Source of the DNA: an uncultured SAR86 cluster bacterium
Lineage (GTDB): Bacteria > Pseudomonadota > Gammaproteobacteria > Magnimaribacterales > D2472
Assembly: GCA_902591925.1 (NCBI GenBank)
Contig: CACJCN010000004.1
Coordinates: 92,869 to 156,868 of the forward strand
DNA length: 64,000 bases
Direction of reading: 5' to 3'
The first letter of the stretch is position 1. The number at the start of each line of letters is the position of its first letter. The position numbers and the translations under genes are program-made. The notes below the pieces were generated by a model. The model did no database searches. It was not told the origin of the DNA and was given only the letters and a program-made list of their open reading frames with translations. This document shows positions 1-9,318 of this stretch, piece by piece.

Positions 1-2
1 AC

Positions 3-794
3 TCATGGGAGTGGGTATTCTATTTATTTGGATTACTTGGATTTTTTTGGTATTTCTTCTGGAATAGAATAGTTACATCTTTTCCTGAGGATAATAAGCT
101 TCTTTCAGATGAGGAATTACATTACATAAAGACTGAAGCACCATCAAAAGAAACTGCTCCAACAATCCCATTTTTAAAACTTATAAGAAATGCTCCTTTT
201 ATGGCAATAGCTGTTGCAACATTTTGTAATAATTGGTCCTTATATACATTTCTTTCTTACTTACCAAAATATGTAAATGCTCCTGTTGCTCAAGGTGGAA
301 TGGGTATAGACTTAGGATCAAACGTATTTATTTATTCAGTACTTACTCCAAGTCTTGTTGCAATTTTTTCTTTAATATTAGGAGGCTTTTTAGCTGATGG
401 CCTTATTAAGAGGGGATACGGCTTACTAAATATAAGAAGAAGTGTAAATTCAATAGGTTTTTTTGGTTCGGCGTTATTTTTATACCTAATATCATTGGAG
501 GATTCTCTTATAAATGTTGTCATATTATTGAGCTTAATTAATATATGTTCTGGAATATGTGCAGGTGGTTTTGGAGTTAATCACGCTGATCTAGGTCCAA
601 AATATACTGGTTCATTAGTGGGAATCGCAGGAAGTATTGGAATGGTTGCAGCAATTATAAGCCCTATAGCTGCAGGATTTATTCTTGAAATAACTAACTC
701 TTGGAGTTCTATATTTTATCTTTGCACATTTGTACTTTTATTCGGAGGGATCTTTTATTTGCTTTTTGCAAGTGTTGAAAAACAATTCGATTAA
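3..794 (+). CDS. MFS transporter, anion:cation symporter-like (5'-truncated by window edge)
   Basis: Frame is open from position 3 (SWEWVFYLFG...) into the 201..794 ORF; many TM helices; NHADLGPKYTGSLVG motif typical of ACS/SLC17-like MFS. Confidence 0.8.
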   Translation, partial: SWEWVFYLFGLLGFFWYFFWNRIVTSFPEDNKLLSDEELHYIKTEAPSKETAPTIPFLKLIRNAPFMAIAVATFCNNWSLYTFLSYLPKYVNAPVAQGGMGIDLGSNVFIYSVLTPSLVAIFSLILGGFLADGLIKRGYGLLNIRRSVNSIGFFGSALFLYLISLEDSLINVVILLSLINICSGICAGGFGVNHADLGPKYTGSLVGIAGSIGMVAAIISPIAAGFILEITNSWSSIFYLCTFVLLFGGIFYLLFASVEKQFD

Positions 795-1294
795 TTAGTA
801 ACCATATTTTGGAAAAAATCAAATATTTCCTGGCTTGATCTATCTCGAGCAGTTCTCCATTCAGCAGTATTTGAATTGTTTATTACATTTTTGTTTTTAT
901 CAAAGACTAAAACTCTAGGAATCCCCTCAGCAGAAGCAATTCCGAATTCCTCCATTAAATCCATATTTATTTCATATCTAAGAACATCTATATAAAGAAC
1001 ATTAAATTTTTCATTTATATGTTTTTCAATTTTTGGAATATCCATTGTTCCAGAGAATATTCTGCAGTCTGGACACCAATTTGCTCCAAAAATAAGTATT
1101 GGTTGTTTATCATCTTTAATTGATTTATCAATAAAGTTATCCAGAAATTCAACACTATAAATTTTTCCATTGTAGGGCATGGGAAGTGGCATAGTTAATT
1201 TGTCATTTTCATCAAGCATCATATTTCCATTGATATTAATACAAATTAAAAAAAAGTATGAAATATTTATATATTTGATTACACTCTTTAACAT
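791..1294 (-). CDS. Thioredoxin-family protein, probably exported
   Basis: FGANWCPDC CxxC motif, GIP cis-Pro loop, hydrophobic N-terminus. Confidence 0.8.
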   Translation of the reverse strand: MLKSVIKYINISYFFLICININGNMMLDENDKLTMPLPMPYNGKIYSVEFLDNFIDKSIKDDKQPILIFGANWCPDCRIFSGTMDIPKIEKHINEKFNVLYIDVLRYEINMDLMEEFGIASAEGIPRVLVFDKNKNVINNSNTAEWRTARDRSSQEIFDFFQNMVTN

Positions 1295-1331
1295 AGCAAT
1301 AATTTTATTTTAAAAAGACGGAGAAAAAAAG

Positions 1332-1745
1332 TTGATCTGGATCATTAGATTCTACTTATTATTTATGGCGTTTATATATGCCCTGATTGGAGTTTGGGCA
1401 ATATTAGATCCTTTGCTTGGAGCTCTTGAGCTCGGCTATCCAAGTTTTTTAAATGCTGTAGGTCTCTCAATAACATCTCCATTAGGATATTCTGAGATAG
1501 CTGGACTATATGGTGGATTAAATTTATGCTTAGGAATTATGTGCCTAGTGGGCATTTTTAAAAGAAATATAGGCATTTTTTCAATTAAATTTATAACATT
1601 TCTAGTTGGCTCTATTGCATTTGGTAGAGTAATTTTCTCTATGCTTCCAACAACTCCCGGCTTCTATAATCCTTACTTTGTTTTTGAAGTCATAGCTTTT
1701 TTTGTTGGAATAACCCTAATATATCTTCAAAAGAAATTAAATTAA
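1332..1745 (+). CDS. Four-TM membrane protein, DUF4345-like
   Basis: Four hydrophobic segments, SEIAGLYGG and GR motifs; TTG start with GGAG upstream. Confidence 0.6.
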   Translation: MIWIIRFYLLFMAFIYALIGVWAILDPLLGALELGYPSFLNAVGLSITSPLGYSEIAGLYGGLNLCLGIMCLVGIFKRNIGIFSIKFITFLVGSIAFGRVIFSMLPTTPGFYNPYFVFEVIAFFVGITLIYLQKKLN

Positions 1746-2684
1746 ATTACTCAAACTCAATAAATATAAAATATAACAACTAACAAATAATATACCAATA
1801 AAACGAATCGATTTTATTGAAAATACTTTGTTTGAATAGAATAGCACTACTAACATAAAGATAATTGTTGCTGAGATCATTAATGTATAGTCCCTACTTA
1901 GTAGAACTTGATCTAGCTTTACGTTTGAAAAAAAACCAATAATTGGAACAACCAATGTGATGTTTAAGACATTTGATCCGATAACATTTCCAACTACCAA
2001 ATCAGTTTTCTTTTTTAAAACAGCGCTTATTGTAGCTGCTAACTCTGGGAGGCTTGTTCCAATAGCAATAATAGTTAATCCAATAATCAATTCTGAAATA
2101 TTTAGTAAAATAGCAATTTTTTCTGCATAAATGACTGCATATCTTGAGCCAAAGATTAATGAAATTAATCCTATGATCAAAAAAATAAAAGTAATTAAAT
2201 TATTTTTATCTTGTTGCTCATCAATTAATGTTTGCGAATTTTTATTTGCATTTATTACATACAAAAAATAAAAAAAGCTTAATAAAAGAAGGATTCCATC
2301 AAACTTTGAGACGTTTAAATCAATTAATACATATCCGAGAATTAATGCTGAAACTAAAAAAGGCATTAGCTGAATCATTGGTGTTTTTTTTGGTAAAAAA
2401 GAAATACCTATACATGAAACTCCAAATATTAAGGCAATGTTAGATATGTTTGATCCAACAACTGCACCCATTGCAATGCTTTCACTATTATTTAAGACAG
2501 AAGAAATTCCTACGAAGATTTCAGGAGCGGAAGTACCCAATGCAACTATGGTTAATCCTATTGTTAATTCGCTTACTCCAATCTTCTTTGCAATTAAAGA
2601 TGAGTTATCTACAAATTTGTCTGCACCCCAAATTAATATGGCTAAAGAAGCAACTAAGCCAAGGAAGTTGATTAAGAAATCCAT
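1737..2684 (-). CDS. Calcium/sodium antiporter (YrbG/CaCA family)
   Basis: Two alpha-repeats: GTSAPE...GSNISN and GTSLPE...GSNVLN. Confidence 0.9.
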   Translation of the reverse strand: MDFLINFLGLVASLAILIWGADKFVDNSSLIAKKIGVSELTIGLTIVALGTSAPEIFVGISSVLNNSESIAMGAVVGSNISNIALIFGVSCIGISFLPKKTPMIQLMPFLVSALILGYVLIDLNVSKFDGILLLLSFFYFLYVINANKNSQTLIDEQQDKNNLITFIFLIIGLISLIFGSRYAVIYAEKIAILLNISELIIGLTIIAIGTSLPELAATISAVLKKKTDLVVGNVIGSNVLNITLVVPIIGFFSNVKLDQVLLSRDYTLMISATIIFMLVVLFYSNKVFSIKSIRFIGILFVSCYILYLLSLSNLI

Positions 2685-2771
2685 AATTTATTTTACCTTA
2701 GTTATTAATAGAGATTATGTTTCGTTTTCAAAAATACAATATAATTTGGTTTCAAATTTAAGGTGATACAA

Positions 2772-3569
2772 ATGGAAATAAAAAGTTTATTTAACATATC
2801 TGGAAAAGTTGCTGTTGTAACAGGCGGTTCAAGAGGAATTGGAGAAATGATAACTGCAGGCTTTTTGGCAAATGGAGTAAAAGTTTATATTTCAGCAAGA
2901 AAAGCTCCAGCCTTGGCTGAAAAGGCTAAAGAATTATCTGAAAAATATGACCAAGAATGCATCCCAGTACCATGTGACTTAAGTTCAATGGATGGAATCA
3001 ATGAGTTTGTTAATCAGATGACCGAAAAGGAAGACGCTATTGATTTTTTAATTAATAATGCAGGAGCAGCATGGGGCGAGCCTTTAGAAAATTTCTCTGA
3101 AAAAGGTTGGGATAAGGTAATGGATTTAAATGTGAAGTCTATTTTTTTCTTAACACAGAAATTTAAGAATTTATTATCTAAAAATGCTAATGATGATGAT
3201 CCATCTAGAGTAATCAATATAGGCTCTATCGATGGATTAAATGTTCCATCAATGGAAACATATCCTTATGGAGCATCAAAGGCTGCTGTTCACCATTTGA
3301 CAAGAGTTTTGGCTGCAAAATTAGTTCGTGAAAATATTTTGGTTAACGCTATTGCTCCTGGACCTTATCCAAGTGATATGCTTGGTCCTGCTGTAGGCTA
3401 TGATTATTCTGAAATAGCAAAAAGAAATCCAAGAAAAAGAGTTGGAACTCCTGAAGACATGGCAGGATTGGCAATTTTCTTATGTTCTCGAGCTGGAGCT
3501 TATACTGTTGGTGAGACCATAACATCTGATGGCGGAATAGTTAAAACTGCTAGTCATGATTTAGGCTAG
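2772..3569 (+). CDS. Short-chain dehydrogenase/reductase
   Basis: TGGSRGIG, NNAG, YGASK motifs; ATG 2772 follows an AAGGTG SD-like element. Confidence 0.9.
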   Translation: MEIKSLFNISGKVAVVTGGSRGIGEMITAGFLANGVKVYISARKAPALAEKAKELSEKYDQECIPVPCDLSSMDGINEFVNQMTEKEDAIDFLINNAGAAWGEPLENFSEKGWDKVMDLNVKSIFFLTQKFKNLLSKNANDDDPSRVINIGSIDGLNVPSMETYPYGASKAAVHHLTRVLAAKLVRENILVNAIAPGPYPSDMLGPAVGYDYSEIAKRNPRKRVGTPEDMAGLAIFLCSRAGAYTVGETITSDGGIVKTASHDLG

Positions 3570-3579
3570 ATTTCTTAAT

Positions 3580-4482
3580 TTATCTTTGTGCGTCTTTAAA
3601 AGCTCTGATTATTAGATCTTTCATCCAGTTATGACCACCGTCACCTTCGTCACTTTTATGCCAAATTAAGAAATACTCCATTGATGGTATTTCAATCGGA
3701 ATCTCAAAGAATGGGAGATTATTTCTTTTTGCAAAACTACGTGTTCCCATCAAGACTAAATCTGTTGATTGAATAATAGTTGGAGCAATTAAAAAATGCT
3801 GACATCTTAAAGCCACCTTTCTTCTATAACCAATCTTATCAAGTTCAACATCGATTAAATGCAAGCCTCTTTTTCTTCCAGAAACATGCAAGTGCTTTTG
3901 ATCAAGAATGTCGTCAACAGAGGGACTTTTAATTTTAGATAAATCATGACCTTCTCTGTGCATAACAACAAAATCATCCTCAAAAACTTTTTCAGAATTA
4001 ATTTCATCAGATCGTGGGATAATTGGGTCAACTACAAAATCTAGGTTATTAGTCGATAGAGCATGAACTTGATCACTTCTTGGGTATGCATAACTTCCAA
4101 CAGAAATATTTGGAGCTTCTTGGTAGATTTCCCGCATAATAAATGGGAGAACTCTTCCTTCAGAAACGTCTCCAAGCGATAATTTAAAATTTCTTTTAGT
4201 TGAATTTGCATCAAAAGTATCAGGTTCATTAACACTTTGTTGAATCAAAGTCAGTGCACTTTGTACATCCTGAATCATGTTTTCAGTTTTTTGAGTAGGC
4301 ACCATACCAGAACCAGTTCTTACAAACAGATCATCATTAAACTTTTCTCTCAATCTTGAGAGAGCATTACTAACAGCAGGTTGTGTAATACCAACAACTT
4401 CAGCAGCTTTCGTAAGACTGCCTTCAGTATAAATAGCATTTAGAATTACAAAAAGATTTAAATCAAAAGAACTTATTTTCAT
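3580..4482 (-). CDS. LysR-family transcriptional regulator
   Basis: N-terminal HTH DLNL...SLTKAA...TQPAVSNALSRLR; divergent from acyl-CoA dehydrogenase. Confidence 0.93.
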   Translation of the reverse strand: MKISSFDLNLFVILNAIYTEGSLTKAAEVVGITQPAVSNALSRLREKFNDDLFVRTGSGMVPTQKTENMIQDVQSALTLIQQSVNEPDTFDANSTKRNFKLSLGDVSEGRVLPFIMREIYQEAPNISVGSYAYPRSDQVHALSTNNLDFVVDPIIPRSDEINSEKVFEDDFVVMHREGHDLSKIKSPSVDDILDQKHLHVSGRKRGLHLIDVELDKIGYRRKVALRCQHFLIAPTIIQSTDLVLMGTRSFAKRNNLPFFEIPIEIPSMEYFLIWHKSDEGDGGHNWMKDLIIRAFKDAQR

Positions 4483-4535
4483 TTTATTGCCTTAAATAAA
4501 TATTTAGTTCATATAGATTTGTAAGTAACATAAAG

Positions 4536-4584
4536 CTATTATAAGTATGAATTACTTTAGTACTATTCATAGTATTTATAATAG
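4536..4584. promoter_or_regulatory. Imperfect inverted repeat, candidate LysR operator
   Basis: CTATTATAA..ATGAAT ... ATTCAT..TTATAATAG dyad between the divergent lysR and acyl-CoA dehydrogenase genes. Confidence 0.45.
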
Positions 4585-4620
4585 TAACAAAATTTTTGAT
4601 ATAAAGGGAGATTTAACCTC

Positions 4621-5838
4621 ATGATGCCTGAATTGAGACCTGAAGCTGTTGAATTGGTTGAAAAAGTAAAAGATTTTATTGACTCTGAAGTTAGACCAAA
4701 AGAACACATATTTCATGAGCAAATTAATGTTGGTAAAAATAGATGGAGCAGCTATCCATCAGTCATAGATGAATTAAAGGAAAAAGCAAGATCAAAAGGT
4801 CTTTGGAATCTTTTTTTGCCAGAAAGTGAATTTGGAGCAGGCCTATCAAATTATGAATATGCTCATCTTGCGGAGGAAATGGGAAAATCCCACATTGCAT
4901 CTGAAGCAATGAATTGTAGTGCACCAGATACAGGAAACATGGAAGTTATTGCAAGATATGGAAACGAGCAACATCAAGAAGAGTGGCTTAAACCATTACT
5001 TGATGGTGAAATTAGATCTGCCTTTAGCATGACAGAACCTGGAACTGCATCATCTGATGCTACAAATATGCAAGCAACGGCAGTTTTGGACGGAGATGAA
5101 TATGTAATAAATGGTGAAAAATGGTGGACATCAGGAGCTGGTGATCCAAGATGTAAAATTCTCATATTTATGTGTGTAACTAATCCTGATAATCCAAAAC
5201 ATCAAAGACATTCAATGATACTTGTACCAATAGAAACTGAGGGTGTAGAGATTATTAACATGATGCATGTATTTGGATATGATGATGCGCCTCATGGGCA
5301 TGCACATATGAAATTTACCAATGTGAGAGTGCCAAAGGAAAATCTTTTACTTGGTGAAGGAAGAGGATTTGAGATAGCACAAGGACGTCTAGGACCAGGA
5401 CGTATTCACCATTGTATGAGAGCTATTGGTGCTGGAGAGGTTGCTTTAGAGTTAATGTGTAAAAGAGGTATGGATCCAAACAAAGTAGCATTTGGTAAAA
5501 ACTTAGCACAACTCGGGGCAAATTTTGATTATATAGCTGAGTCAAGAATTGAACTTAATGCTGCAAGATTCTTAACATTGGATGCCGCAGTTAAAATGGA
5601 TACAGTTGGAAATAAAATTGCAGCAAGTGAAATTGCACAAATCAAAGTTTATGCTCCCAATGTAGCGCTTAAAATTATTGATAGAGCGATTCAAATTCAT
5701 GGAGGAGAGGGCGTATCTCAGTTAACTCCACTTGCATCAATGTATGCACATATGAGAACACTTAGACTAGCTGACGGTCCCGATGAAGTTCATAGAAGAG
5801 CTGTTGCAAGATATGAGCTTGGTAAATATATGAGTTAA
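4621..5838 (+). CDS. Acyl-CoA dehydrogenase
   Basis: [42 protein letters not shown]; AGGGAG SD. Confidence 0.95.
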   Translation: MMPELRPEAVELVEKVKDFIDSEVRPKEHIFHEQINVGKNRWSSYPSVIDELKEKARSKGLWNLFLPESEFGAGLSNYEYAHLAEEMGKSHIASEAMNCSAPDTGNMEVIARYGNEQHQEEWLKPLLDGEIRSAFSMTEPGTASSDATNMQATAVLDGDEYVINGEKWWTSGAGDPRCKILIFMCVTNPDNPKHQRHSMILVPIETEGVEIINMMHVFGYDDAPHGHAHMKFTNVRVPKENLLLGEGRGFEIAQGRLGPGRIHHCMRAIGAGEVALELMCKRGMDPNKVAFGKNLAQLGANFDYIAESRIELNAARFLTLDAAVKMDTVGNKIAASEIAQIKVYAPNVALKIIDRAIQIHGGEGVSQLTPLASMYAHMRTLRLADGPDEVHRRAVARYELGKYMS

Positions 5839-5842
5839 AGAA

Positions 5843-7240
5843 TTGTCCTACAATTTAATATTTTACGATACTGAAACAACTGGAATTCATAAAGATTTTA
5901 GTCAGATAATCCAATGTGGTTCGATTTTTACAGATAATACACTTAAAGTTATAGACGATCAGAATATTGGCAGCAAACCATTACCGTGGATTATCCCTCA
6001 ACCAAAAGCAATGCTTACTAACAAGAAGATTAATTCCTTTTCATCTAATATCTCACATTATCAAATGATGAAAGACATTCAACATCAATGGAAAGAATGG
6101 TGTCTAGATTTGCCATCAATATTTGTTACATACAACGGACATGCTTTCGATGAAGAACTCATCAGAAGACAGTTTTGGTGCAATCTTTTAGAGCCATATA
6201 TTACAAACACAAATCAAAATGGAAGATTAGATTTAATGTTAATGATTCATAATATAGCCTCATTTTTTTCAGATGAAATATCAATTCCTTTATTTGAAGA
6301 AGGGCCTGCTTTTAGTATTAAGTTAGAGCATTTAGCAAATGAACATGGTATTGATGTCAGTGATGCTCATGATGCAATTTCAGACTGCAAATTTATGATC
6401 GGGTTATGCAATGTTATTAAAGATAAAATACCTGAAGTTTTTGATTCATTTATGGATATATCAACAAAGGAGGGTATTAAAAACCTTTTATACTCTGATG
6501 AATTTCTTGCTCTTGGAGAAATCTACAGGCGTCACCCGTTTAAGTATCCTGTTGTAATCTGTGGTGCAGATAATTCCAGACCTAATGATATATGTTTCTT
6601 CGATTTGAGTTTTGATCCTGAAGAAATAATTGATTTAGATTTCGCTGAAATTAATAAAATGATTCAATCTGGGGGAAGAGACTTACCATTGAAAAAATAC
6701 AAAATAAATAAAACAATACCAATATGTCCAAGCAAATATCTGACAAAAAATAATCACTTCGATATTAGCCATGATGAGCTTCAAAGAAGGGCTGATGTAG
6801 TAAAGTCCAACAAAGATTTTTTTACGAAAGTATCACAAGCCATGGAAGACAGAATTATGAATTTCCCTGAACCAAATTATGTTGAAGGAACCATATATTC
6901 TGGTGGTTTTCCTTCCTATAGAGATCAAGATCTTATGAAGGAATTTCACCTTACTGATAATCTTGAGCAGCTTATTAAAATTTCAAGAAATTTTGAAGAT
7001 GAAAGATTTCGTCTATTGGCTGAGAGAATTATATGCAATAAGTATCACACAGATATTCCTGATGATATCAAAACAAGATTTGATGATTTAATTTATGAAA
7101 GAATTTATACAGATGGAAAATGGGGATCTATTGACAAAGCACTAAATGAAATTGATAAGCTTCTTGACGAAAAAGAATCTGAAGAAGATCAAAAAATTCT
7201 TATAGCGACAAAAGCTCATATCCAAACTTTAAAAAATTAA
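5843..7240 (+). CDS. sbcB: Exonuclease I (DEDDh 3'-5' ssDNA exonuclease)
   Basis: DTETTG, YNGHAFD, HDAISD exonuclease motifs plus C-terminal IYSGGFPS..D region; TTG start. Confidence 0.8.
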   Translation: MSYNLIFYDTETTGIHKDFSQIIQCGSIFTDNTLKVIDDQNIGSKPLPWIIPQPKAMLTNKKINSFSSNISHYQMMKDIQHQWKEWCLDLPSIFVTYNGHAFDEELIRRQFWCNLLEPYITNTNQNGRLDLMLMIHNIASFFSDEISIPLFEEGPAFSIKLEHLANEHGIDVSDAHDAISDCKFMIGLCNVIKDKIPEVFDSFMDISTKEGIKNLLYSDEFLALGEIYRRHPFKYPVVICGADNSRPNDICFFDLSFDPEEIIDLDFAEINKMIQSGGRDLPLKKYKINKTIPICPSKYLTKNNHFDISHDELQRRADVVKSNKDFFTKVSQAMEDRIMNFPEPNYVEGTIYSGGFPSYRDQDLMKEFHLTDNLEQLIKISRNFEDERFRLLAERIICNKYHTDIPDDIKTRFDDLIYERIYTDGKWGSIDKALNEIDKLLDEKESEEDQKILIATKAHIQTLKN

Positions 7241-7246
7241 TTTTGA

Positions 7247-7323
7247 TGGTGGGCGAGGAGAGATTCGAACTCCCGACTTCCTGCGTGTCGAGCAGACACT
7301 CTAACCAACTGAGTTACTCGCCC
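7247..7323 (-). tRNA. tRNA-Val(GAC)
   Basis: Minus strand GGGCGAG...CTCGCCCACCA cloverleaf, GTTCGAAT T-loop, anticodon arm TCTGC-TCGACAC-GCAGG, encoded CCA. Confidence 0.92.
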
Positions 7324-7365
7324 ATAAAGAGGAGTAATTTTACACAAAAAATTTATTAAATAATA

Positions 7366-7821
7366 TTAATAAATTTTAGAAAGATATTCATCAAGTCTTG
7401 TTTGATTCATCACAAATGAAGACTTAAATTGTAATGCAACACTTTTAGCAGTTTCAATGTTTGAATTGTCATCACCTACTTGTATCACACCAACCATAGC
7501 CATCATTGCATGAGGAGTACATTGATATCCATAAACACCAGGAACTTCAAAAGTTACTGAAATATCTCGGCTTAATTGACCATTCCAAGGTGTTGCACCT
7601 GATGGAATCATGCCAGGTATAGATGCAGAATTATGAGCAGCATCAGTGGACTCAAATGTGACAGTATCACCAATATTTACTTTTAAAAATGCAGGCTCAA
7701 AAACCATAATACCCGTAGCGCCTTGATTTAGCATCTTAATAGTATGGAATTCAGAATATAGATCAAAACATGCAAAAGAAATTAAAAAGGAAAAGATTAA
7801 TTTTTTTGTAATAATGTTCAT
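7366..7821 (-). CDS. Pseudoazurin (type 1 blue copper protein)
   Basis: Signal peptide; MVFEPAFLKV, HNS and YQCTPHAMMAMVG give His/Cys/His/Met ligands. Confidence 0.9.
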   Translation of the reverse strand: MNIITKKLIFSFLISFACFDLYSEFHTIKMLNQGATGIMVFEPAFLKVNIGDTVTFESTDAAHNSASIPGMIPSGATPWNGQLSRDISVTFEVPGVYGYQCTPHAMMAMVGVIQVGDDNSNIETAKSVALQFKSSFVMNQTRLDEYLSKIY

Positions 7822-7928
7822 TGCATTATTATAATTATTTATAATTAAATATCAATATAATTTATATTTATAATTATTTGCTTTAGACTTAAAAATGATT
7901 ATATTAGTCAGATATTTTTAAAATTTTT

Positions 7929-9134
7929 ATGGATTTAGTTATGTATATTAGAGCTTTTTTACTATTGATATTTTTATTTCCTTTTGCATCAAATTTAGTA
8001 GCGGGCTATTTTCCAAATAAAGAAAATTGGATTATTTCAACACCTGACGCAGAGGGCATAAATCCTAATAAAATTGATAAATTAATGGATTTATCATTTT
8101 CAGATGACGCAACTCAAGCTGTCGTTGTTATTAAAAATGGCAAAATAATTTCAGAAAAATATGCTAATGGATATGATCAAGATTCTCATGGCACATCTTG
8201 GTCAATGGCTAAGAGCTATTATGCTGCATTAATTGGAATTTCGCTTGATCGTGGTGAGATTAACAGTCTTGATGACAAAGTTTCAGAATATCTCGAATAT
8301 TTTGATGACGAGAGATCGGATATCACTATAAGAGATCTTCTAGATATGTCTAGTGGTCTTGATTTTCCAACTCATGAGCATGAAAAAATGTTTTTTCAAG
8401 TGGATCATCTTCAATATGCAAAAAAAGTTGGTGTTGAAAAAAATGCTGGTGAAAAATTTGAATATAACAATGTTAATTCGATGCTTTTAGGTGATATTTT
8501 GTTTCAAGCAACTGGCAAAAAAGCTGATTTGCTCTTTGAAGAGAGAATCTTAAAACCTCTAGATATTGATAGCTATAAGTTATGGAAAGATGAAAAGGGA
8601 AATGTCATGACATATTGTTGTGTAGATATGTCAGCAAGAGATTACTCGAAGTTAGGCTTATTATTTGCTCGAGATGGCAAATGGAATGATGAACAAATCA
8701 TATCTAAGGAATTTGTAGACGAATCTTTTCAGGTGGTATGGGAAACACCAAGTAGATTTACAGATTATAAAAGGTATTATTCTTTGCACTGGTGGGTATC
8801 AAAGTATGATGAAGAATCAAAAATATTTAATACCAGTGGAAAGTTCGGACAGTATACTTTTGTAGACAGAGAAAATGATGTTGTTGTAACAAGAATTTCT
8901 AAATATTCTGAACAGGAAAATGGTTCCACTCAAAAGTGGGGCATAATGAAATATCTTAGATGGGCAGGCATAGATAATGCTATAGCTATTGGCAGGATGT
9001 TGATAGCCTCAGGAACTGTAGAGTCTGGATCAGATGTTATTACTCCTTTTACAGATGAGGAGGGAGAATCTTACGAATTTTACGTGAAATATCCTGAAAT
9101 TATTGATTCAATCGCTGATTTAAGTCGTAATTAA
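7929..9134 (+). CDS. Exported serine hydrolase, class C beta-lactamase-like family
   Basis: SMAK (SxxK), FEYNN (YxN), LLDMSSGL, GKFGQ; signal peptide; start may be 7941. Confidence 0.85.
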   Translation: MDLVMYIRAFLLLIFLFPFASNLVAGYFPNKENWIISTPDAEGINPNKIDKLMDLSFSDDATQAVVVIKNGKIISEKYANGYDQDSHGTSWSMAKSYYAALIGISLDRGEINSLDDKVSEYLEYFDDERSDITIRDLLDMSSGLDFPTHEHEKMFFQVDHLQYAKKVGVEKNAGEKFEYNNVNSMLLGDILFQATGKKADLLFEERILKPLDIDSYKLWKDEKGNVMTYCCVDMSARDYSKLGLLFARDGKWNDEQIISKEFVDESFQVVWETPSRFTDYKRYYSLHWWVSKYDEESKIFNTSGKFGQYTFVDRENDVVVTRISKYSEQENGSTQKWGIMKYLRWAGIDNAIAIGRMLIASGTVESGSDVITPFTDEEGESYEFYVKYPEIIDSIADLSRN

Positions 9135-9315
9135 TATTTAATTCTTCAGCTTTTTCTATAAAGCTTTTAATGTCTTTTTTCCATTCTTCAAGATAATATC
9201 CATCATTACCTTGTTTGCTTAGATATCTTAGAAATATTCTACCATCCTCATCTTGATAGCCTGCACAGAACGGCTCTCCGGTTATTCTATTTAATCTTTT
9301 GTATCTGTCATCCAT
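9100..9315 (-). CDS. Small hypothetical protein (71 aa)
   Basis: ATG 3 nt after the upstream stop codon on the same strand; protein-like composition. Confidence 0.6.
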   Translation of the reverse strand: MDDRYKRLNRITGEPFCAGYQDEDGRIFLRYLSKQGNDGYYLEEWKKDIKSFIEKAEELNINYDLNQRLNQ

Positions 9316-9318
9316 TTG

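Noticed and set aside
5843-7323. Genomic island integrated at tRNA-Val(GAC)
   Set aside because: No integrase, no duplicated tRNA 3' end seen, no obvious compositional shift
7929-9134. Beta-lactam resistance gene
   Set aside because: SxxK/YxN fold is shared by many esterases and amidases; no KTG motif or mobile context
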